A stretch of DNA of 64,000 nt from Octopus vulgaris. Its lineage: Eukaryota. This document shows, one piece after another, positions 57,153 to 64,000 of the stretch. Location of the stretch: NCBI GenBank assembly GCA_951406725.2, contig OX597834.1:16740001-16804000 (forward strand). Reading direction: 5' to 3'. A program made the position numbers and the translations under genes. Under the pieces are notes generated by a model. It searched no databases. It was not told where the DNA came from and saw only the letters and a list, made by a program, of their open reading frames with translations. Positions within the stretch are counted from its first letter, which is position 1; every line of letters begins with the position of its first letter.

Positions 57153-58439
57153 GTATTTTTCTTAGTGTTTCTTTATTTCCTTCATTCGATCGTTTTCTTT
57201 CTTTTCACATCTCATTAATATAACTTTCGGTAAATACGAGGAATTAAGGTGTAATTTCGGAGATATGAGGAATGTATAGAAATATGGTGTTTTTACTTGA
57301 CAGTGAAATGAAATCGAAACATCGTTTACTACAGCCGTGATATTGAAGTGCTTATAAACAAAGGAACTCCATAATTTTAAAGATTCTCATACAAATAATG
57401 CTTTTTTTTATTTTCTAAGATCGGTATTTAATCGATTGCCTTTCATCCTTTCGGGGTCGATTAAATAAGTACCAGTTACGCACTGGAGTCGATGTAATCG
57501 ACTTAATACCTATGTCTGTCCTCGTTTGTCCCCCTCTACGTTTAGCCCCTTGTGGGTAATAAAGAAATAGGTATTTAATCGATTGCTTCTACGTTACAGG
57601 AATGGGGGGTTTCCCCCTTTTCCTTGATCCTTGATCCTCATGCTTTTACAACAGATGTTTTGTTAACTCTTAACAACGTTCTGTTCCTAATTTTGTTTCG
57701 AAGTGGAAACGAAATATGGCGAAACTATGCCCGAAATATTATTTACTTACGGAGAGAAAAATATTTTCATTTCAAAAGCACGTGTATTACGAGAATAGTA
57801 AAAATACAATACAGTAACTTACCTGTGTTTAATTATAAACAACGTTAAAGAAAAGAAACGAAGATGGAATAACGTGTAATATTTAGGAGAAAATAATTGA
57901 TCTTGTATGTCTGCAACGACGTTCTGCTCTGTCTGAATTGACCTGGGGTTATACAGTAATCAACCGACGGACGATGGAATACCTTCCTGGGCAGAAAGCC
58001 CCTATGTCCACTATTGGCAGAACCGTTAGCACGCCGGGTGAAATGCTTAGCGGTATTTCGTCTGTCGTTATGTTCTGAGTTCAAATTCCGCCGAGGTCGA
58101 CTTTGCCTTTCATCCTTTCGGGGTCGATTAAATAAGTACCAGTTACGCACTGTGGTCGATATAATCGACTTAATCCGTTTGTCTGTCCTTGTTTGTCCTC
58201 TCTGTGTAAAGAAATATATTCTATAGTTTAACAAATAATTTGATCGTGTTACTGTTATCTGTGAAGTATAGAGCTCACATGAGATTGTTTGATGTAATGT
58301 TAAATACAAATTTAAAGTTTAAATGTTGATGCAAATGTTTATATTTAAAGTTTATCAATACAGAATTAGTGTAAATTTTCCATTGTTGAAATCCACTCAT
58401 GAGTGTCTCCTATATCTTATACTGTTTCTCTTATTTCAG
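57153..58439 (+). other. Probable 5'-UTR intron of the zinc-finger gene
   Basis: Donor-like AG|GTATTT at 57153, just downstream of a CpG-rich patch. Polypyrimidine acceptor ctgtttctcttatttcag at 58439, about 310 bp upstream of the ATG. Confidence 0.45.
58015..58213 (+). mobile_element. SINE family B
   Basis: Matches the family body. Confidence 0.75.
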
Positions 58440-58749
58440 AAATATCGGATGACAATTGGCGTAAAGATATATCATGTTTTACAAAGTTTAGGAAATTGTT
58501 ACACAAAATGGATATAATTTGTGATAGAATTGGTGTGACATAATTGTCATGACTTGAGACCATTAGCAAAATATCTTTACTTCACTGCCTGGAATATCCT
58601 CAAGAGTTGGTTGCATTCCTTTTAAACTTGGACATATTTACAAAAGAGGTTGCAGTATCTTTAAACATCAACTAAGATCACGTTTTATGGAAATGTAGAA
58701 ATACTTCAAACACTACAAGAACAAGAGAAGTTGACAGAGAAGAATAACA

Positions 58750-60201
58750 ATGGAAAATGAATTCTGTGAGAAACCAATTGAAATCAAAACAGAATCTGAC
58801 AGTGCTGGTTTTCCAGATGAGATGCAGAATGAGGCAGAAGAAATGTCATATTCCTGTGATGTCTGTAAAAAGTCATTCTCTCAAGAGCATCACCTAACTC
58901 ATCACAAACGTATTCATACAGGAAAAAAACCATATCACTGTGATGTCTGTGGTAAATCGTTTCCGAGAAGAGATTATTTAAAGGTACACAAAAATATACA
59001 TACAGGAGAAAAACCATATCGTTGTGATATCTGTGGGAAATCGTTTTCTAACAGTGGTGACTTACATACTCACAAACGTATTCACACAGGAGAGAAGCCA
59101 TATCACTGTGATATCTGTGGTAAATCATTCTCTCAAAATGGTAACTTTAATGCTCACAAGCGTATTCATACAGGAGAGAAACCATATCACTGTAACATCT
59201 GTGGTAAATCGTTTTGTAAAAGTAGTAACTTAAATAATCACAAGCGTATTCATTCAGGGGAGAAACCATATCGGTGTGATATCTGTGGTAAATCATTCTC
59301 TATGAGTTGTACTTTAAATAAGCACAAACGTATTCATACAGGAGAAAAACCATACCACTGTGATATCTGTGGTAAATCATTCTCCAGAAGTGGTAACTTC
59401 AATTCTCACAGACGTATTCATTCAGGAGAGAGACCATATTATTGTGATATCTGTGGTAAATCATTCTCTCGAATTGGTAACCTAAATGCTCACAAACGTA
59501 TTCATACAGGTGATAGAGCTTATGAATGTAGTATCTGTGGTAAATCATTCACTGAAAGTGGTAATTTAAATGCCCACGTACGTACCCATACAGGAGAGAA
59601 ACCATTCCATTGTGATATCTGCGGTAAATCATTCTCTGAAAGTGGTAGCGTAAACACCCACAAACGTACACATACAGGCGAGAAACCACATCAATGTGAT
59701 ATCTGTGGTAAATCATTCTCTGAAAGTGGTAACTTAAATACCCACAAACGTACTCATACAGGAGAGAAACCATATCACTGTGATATTTGTGATAAATCAT
59801 TCTCCCAAATTACTAGCTTTAATTCTCACAAATGTATACATACGCGTGATAAGCCATACCACTGTGATATCTGTGGTAAAACCTTTCTTACGAGTGGTAA
59901 CTTGAATTCTCACAAACATACACATGCAGATGAGAAACCATATCACTGTGATATCTGTGGTAAATCTTATTCTCACAGTAGTAAAGTAAATATACACAAG
60001 CGTACTCATACAGGGGAGAAACCTTACAAGTGTGATATCTGTGGTAAATCATTTGCTCAAAGTGGAAACTTTAATGCTCACAAACGTATTCATACAGGAG
60101 AGAAACCATATCACTGTGATAACTGTGGTAAACCATTCTCTAAAAAGAGTTACCTAACTACACACCAGCATATTTGTACAAGAAAGACATCCTTTCACTG
60201 A
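58750..60201 (+). CDS. Tandem C2H2 (Kruppel-type) zinc-finger protein, 483 aa, 15 C2H2 fingers plus a terminal C2HC-type finger, short acidic N-terminus, no KRAB/BTB visible
   Basis: Uninterrupted ORF with repeated C-x2-C-x12-H-x3-H and TGEKPY linkers. ATG context ACAATGG. Typical of the expanded cephalopod C2H2 clusters. Confidence 0.93.
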   Translation: MENEFCEKPIEIKTESDSAGFPDEMQNEAEEMSYSCDVCKKSFSQEHHLTHHKRIHTGKKPYHCDVCGKSFPRRDYLKVHKNIHTGEKPYRCDICGKSFSNSGDLHTHKRIHTGEKPYHCDICGKSFSQNGNFNAHKRIHTGEKPYHCNICGKSFCKSSNLNNHKRIHSGEKPYRCDICGKSFSMSCTLNKHKRIHTGEKPYHCDICGKSFSRSGNFNSHRRIHSGERPYYCDICGKSFSRIGNLNAHKRIHTGDRAYECSICGKSFTESGNLNAHVRTHTGEKPFHCDICGKSFSESGSVNTHKRTHTGEKPHQCDICGKSFSESGNLNTHKRTHTGEKPYHCDICDKSFSQITSFNSHKCIHTRDKPYHCDICGKTFLTSGNLNSHKHTHADEKPYHCDICGKSYSHSSKVNIHKRTHTGEKPYKCDICGKSFAQSGNFNAHKRIHTGEKPYHCDNCGKPFSKKSYLTTHQHICTRKTSFH

Positions 60202-60231
60202 GATATCTGTGGTAAAGTATTTTTTAAAAGT

Positions 60232-60595
60232 AACATCAATGGAAATTGTAGCTGTGAAACCAGTGCCAGGGGCACGTAAGAGAGCCATCCGAACGTGGCC
60301 GTTGCCAGCACCACCCCGACTGGCCTCCGTGCCGGTGGCACGTAAAAAGCACCATCCGATCGTGGCCATTTGCCAGCCTCGCCTGACCTCTGTGCCGGTG
60401 GTACGTAAAAAGCACCATCCAATCGTGGCTGTTTGCCAGCCTCGTCTGGCACATAAAAAGCACCCACTACACTCGCGGAGTGGTTGGCATTAGGAAGGGC
60501 ATCCAGCTGTAGAAACACTGCCAGATCAGACTGGGCCTGGCGCAGCCTTCTGGCTTTCCAGACCCCAGTTGAACTGTCCAACCCATGCTAGCATG
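60232..60595 (+). mobile_element. RTE LINE 3' UTR fragment inserted in the decayed finger array
   Basis: ggcacgtaaaaagcaccatcc repeats, ending acccatgctagcatg. Confidence 0.8.
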
Positions 60596-60871
60596 TCAAA
60601 CAGAACTAAGCATAAACATATTTATACAGGTGAGAAGCCGTATCAGTGTGAAATCTGTGGGAGCTCATTCTCTCATATAAGTGCTTTTAACAATCTCAGA
60701 TATGTTTGTGGAGCAGAGAGACCGTTTCTCTTCAATATCGTTGTGACATCATCTTGTCGACAATATTTAAGTGGACATGAAATGGTGATGAGACTAGTGA
60801 CAGGCGATATCACTTATCTGTGGGAAGTTATTCTCTCACAGTATTAGCTTAACTCTAAATAAACACACTCA

Positions 60872-61257
60872 GGCGCAGGAGTGGCTGTGTTGTAGGTAGC
60901 TTGCTTACAAACCACATGGTTCCGGGTTCAGTCCCACTGCGTGGCATCTTGGGCAAGTGTCTTCTGCTATAGCCTCGGGCCGACCAAAGCCTTGTGAGTG
61001 TATTTGGTAGACGGAAACTGAAAGAAGCCTGTCATATATATGTATATATATATTTATATATGTATGTGTGTGTCTGTGTTTGTCCTAGCATTGCTTGACA
61101 ACCGATGCTGGTGTGTTTACGTCCCCGTCACTTAGCGGTTCGGCAAAAGAGACCGATAGAATAAGTACCGGGGTTGATTTGCTCGACTAAAGGCGGTGCT
61201 CCAGCATGGCCGCAGTCAAATGACTGACACAAGTAAAAGAGTAAAAGAGAAAAGAGT
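60872..61257 (+). mobile_element. SINE family A in the ZNF 3' region
   Basis: Full-length copy. Confidence 0.85.
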
Positions 61258-61301
61258 ATACAAGAAAGAAGCCATATCACTGTGACATATGTGGGACTTG
61301 A

Positions 61302-61667
61302 TCATCATCATCGTCGTCATCATTGTTTAACGTCCGCTTTCCATGCTAGCATGGGTTGGACGATTTTGACTGAGGGCTGGCAAACCAGATGGCTGCACCA
61401 GGCTCCAATCTTGATCTGGCAGAATTTCTACAGCTGGATGCCCTTCCTAACACCAACCACTCCGAGAGTGTAGTGGGTGCTTTTTACGTGCCACCGGCAT
61501 GGGGGCCAGTCAGGCGGTACTGGCAATGACCTCGCTCAAATCTTTTTACATGTACCACCGGCACAGGTGCCAGTGAAGCGACGTTGGTAACGATCACGCT
61601 CGAATGGTGCCCTTTTACGTGCCACGGGTATGGAAGCCAGTTGGCTGCTCTGGCAACGATCACGCTC
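61302..61667 (-). mobile_element. RTE LINE 3' UTR fragment
   Basis: Reverse complement of the 34290-34683 subfamily. Confidence 0.8.
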
Positions 61668-62177
61668 ATGCCAAATAAGTACCTTGTCTAATCACCAATA
61701 CTTTCACAGAGCAGAGGAGCTGTACACCTGTGGTTTTTGAGGTGAACTTTTGTCTAGAAATTTTCAACTACCAGACAAACATCTCCATACAAAAGTGTAA
61801 CCATATCAATGAGATATTTTTGGAAAATCCTTCTCTGGAAATCAGTTGCTTAACCTGACTCAGACATATTGACAGAGAAGAGAAGCCATGTGTTGGCAAT
61901 ATATTTGTAGTAAATCAGTTTCTGTAGAGAGTGACTAAACAAAACAGAAATATATTAAAATGTGAGAGAGAAGCTTATATCACAATGAAATCTGTGGAAA
62001 CAAGAACAAGCTATAACAATGTGGTAATGGTGTTCTAACAATACATCGCTCCCTTTCCCACAGCCCTATTATATGGGACAGATACCTAAACCACTTCTGA
62101 ATGAAAGAATGCCCTTTCGCTAGCTGCTACAGTCAAACAGGCACCTCGACTACTCTTATGTCATCTGTTCAGCAGGA

Positions 62178-62563
62178 TCTCTTTTACTTGTTTCAGTCAT
62201 TTGACTGTGGCCATGCTGGAGCACCGCCTTTAGTTGAGCAACTCGACCCCGGGACTTATTCTTTTGTAAGCCCAGTACTTATTCTATCGGTCTCTTTTGC
62301 CGAACCGCTAAGTGACGGGAACGTAAACACACCAGCATCGGTTGTCAAGCAATGTTGGGAGGACAAACACACACATACATATATATATATATACATATAT
62401 ACGACAGGCTTATTTTCAGTTTCCGTCTACCAAATCCACTCACAAGGCATTGGTCGGCCCGGAGCTATAGCAGAAGATACTTGCCCAAGATACCACGCAG
62501 TGGGACTGAACCCGGAACCATGTGGTTGGTTAGCAAGCTACTTACCACACAGCCACTCCTGCG
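62178..62563 (-). mobile_element. SINE family A
   Basis: Full-length reverse-complement copy. Confidence 0.85.
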
Positions 62564-62776
62564 CTTACACTTGTTTACATTTTGTTCTGTCAATCTCACT
62601 GACAATATAAAAGGCTGGCACATTGATTTGATTTCCTTGGGATTTGAACTATGTCTATCAGAAAAGTGTTTTATTGTGTTGATTTGAATATAATTCATAC
62701 TGTCACTTGTTTATGGCATTAACAATAGATTCTGAAATGAACTGTTGGTGGTGTGTTTGTGAGGGAGAGAAAGAAA

Positions 62777-63116
62777 TCATTATCATCATTGTTCGACCGT
62801 GGTCGAGACAATGGAATTTACCATGCTACGCCAGACTTCACGGCCCATCGTGGCATTACGGAGGTCCTGTTGCTGGATGCCTGTATCCCTGGAGATTACA
62901 TCAGGGTAGGAGAGTGTGCCCCCTCTGGTGTTGCGAGTAGATGGCTTCCAGAGGAGAAGAGTAGAAATTGCCTCGTTTTCAGCTCTACAACAATGTCCAG
63001 CAAACTGGACTCTCCTACCTTTCACAAGAGACGACACAGGTAGTAGTTTCCCATACATTTGCATTTTGGTTGGATGACGCTTCCACGAGAGATTTTGAGC
63101 TCTCATAAGGAGGCGA
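62777..63116 (-). mobile_element. Second copy of the same RTE-like LINE 3' end
   Basis: Near-identical reverse complement of 29817-30155. Confidence 0.9.
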
Positions 63117-63480
63117 AAGAAAGAAAGATGGTTGGTGGTAGGAAGAAAGATATACAAAACTAGTAAAAAGAATAAACTACTGCTTGATTTTGATCTGCTG
63201 AAATATTTCTGTGCATTTGACAAGGACATACTTCTGCATACTTCTAAAACTGTACCTATATTGTTTATTATAACATTTATTTCTTTTTAAGTTTATATAA
63301 TTTTTCTGTTATGCTCAGTCACTTTATAATCCCAAAGCATACTGTTATTTTAGAAAGCAGTTACCCAATCATTGTCAAATGTTCCTTCAATGAGTTGGTA
63401 ATCAAAAATTCTTAGAAATTATTGCTTTATTGTGAATACTCATGACTGTTTAACAAACAGTTATGTGTAACTCTGAATAA

Positions 63481-63831
63481 CGGTACTAGGACAAAATCCC
63501 CCTGCAGTCAATTTCCCCTTGGATATTAGCAGTATTTCATCTGTCTTTAAGTTCTGAGTTCAAATTCCACTCAGGCTGACTTTGCCTTTCATTCTTTCGG
63601 GGGTCGATAAATTAAGTACCAGTTGCGTACTAGGATTGATTTAATCGACTGACCCCCCCCCCCCCAACTCCCTCAAAATTTCGGGCCTTGTGTCCTGAGT
63701 AGAAAAGATTATTCTTTCTTTACAATAAAAATATTTTAGGAAAGTTAAATTTTATTAAAAAAATTTTTTAATATTTATTAGTTGATATTTTTGTTTAAAA
63801 TTTGTCTGGTGGGATTTTGTCCTGATTACCC
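63481..63831. mobile_element. MITE with short TIRs containing a SINE insertion
   Basis: ggtactaggacaaaatccc / gggattttgtcctgattacc. A family-B SINE fragment sits at ~63530-63710. Confidence 0.5.
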
Positions 63832-64000
63832 CAAATAACAGCTTGTGAAATTTTTCTGCTTCAATAAAACAGTATAACACTACCTTTGGTATTCAAATAG
63901 TTTTTTCTCCATTATGTTTTGCACCTATGTACCCACATGTATATACAGGAACAACATCGATTTTCCAGAATCTTTGGTTCCATAGCCTTTCTGAAGTCCT

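Larger units (their letters stand above)
60202..62000 (+). pseudogene. Degenerate continuation of the zinc-finger array downstream of the stop
   Basis: FH*DICGK across the stop; HIYTGEKPYQCEICG at ~60612-60660; [10 protein letters not shown] at ~61266-61297; further eroded finger-like text at ~61790-62000. These pieces are separated by RTE and SINE insertions. Confidence 0.75.

Noticed and set aside
62101-62687. ORFs such as FDCGHAGAPP... and RLPNPLTRHW... recurring across the window
   Set aside because: Translations of SINE family A, not host proteins.

Overview
AT-rich, repeat-saturated animal genomic DNA. The SINE families, RTE LINE tails and tandem C2H2 gene resemble an octopod cephalopod (inferred, not proven). 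Two host genes are supportable. (1) The first coding exon of a ZDHHC14/9/18-type (Approximated-like) palmitoyltransferase on the minus strand (41363-41664); I found no further coding exon, so its intron probably runs >41 kb off the left edge. (2) A 483-aa tandem C2H2 zinc-finger gene on the plus strand (58750-60201), whose array is cut by a TGT>TGA stop and continues as decaying, TE-interrupted fingers. The rest is microsatellite, three SINE families, RTE/CR1/Tx1 LINE fragments, pogo and mariner remnants, and MITEs. The most unusual items are: a U6 snRNA copy fused to an RTE-LINE 3' tail (U6/LINE chimera architecture); a 353-nt terminally redundant unit with a hammerhead-like core and an inverted partial copy (Penelope pLTR/retrozyme-like) inserted in a pogo fossil; several other minimal hammerhead motifs; a GC-rich 9 x 135-bp minisatellite; a ~290-bp templated inverted duplication in the ZDHHC intron; and interleaved inverted repeats behind the ZNF stop. 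Most long ORFs in the track are microsatellite or repeat artefacts. All calls were made by eye, without database searches.
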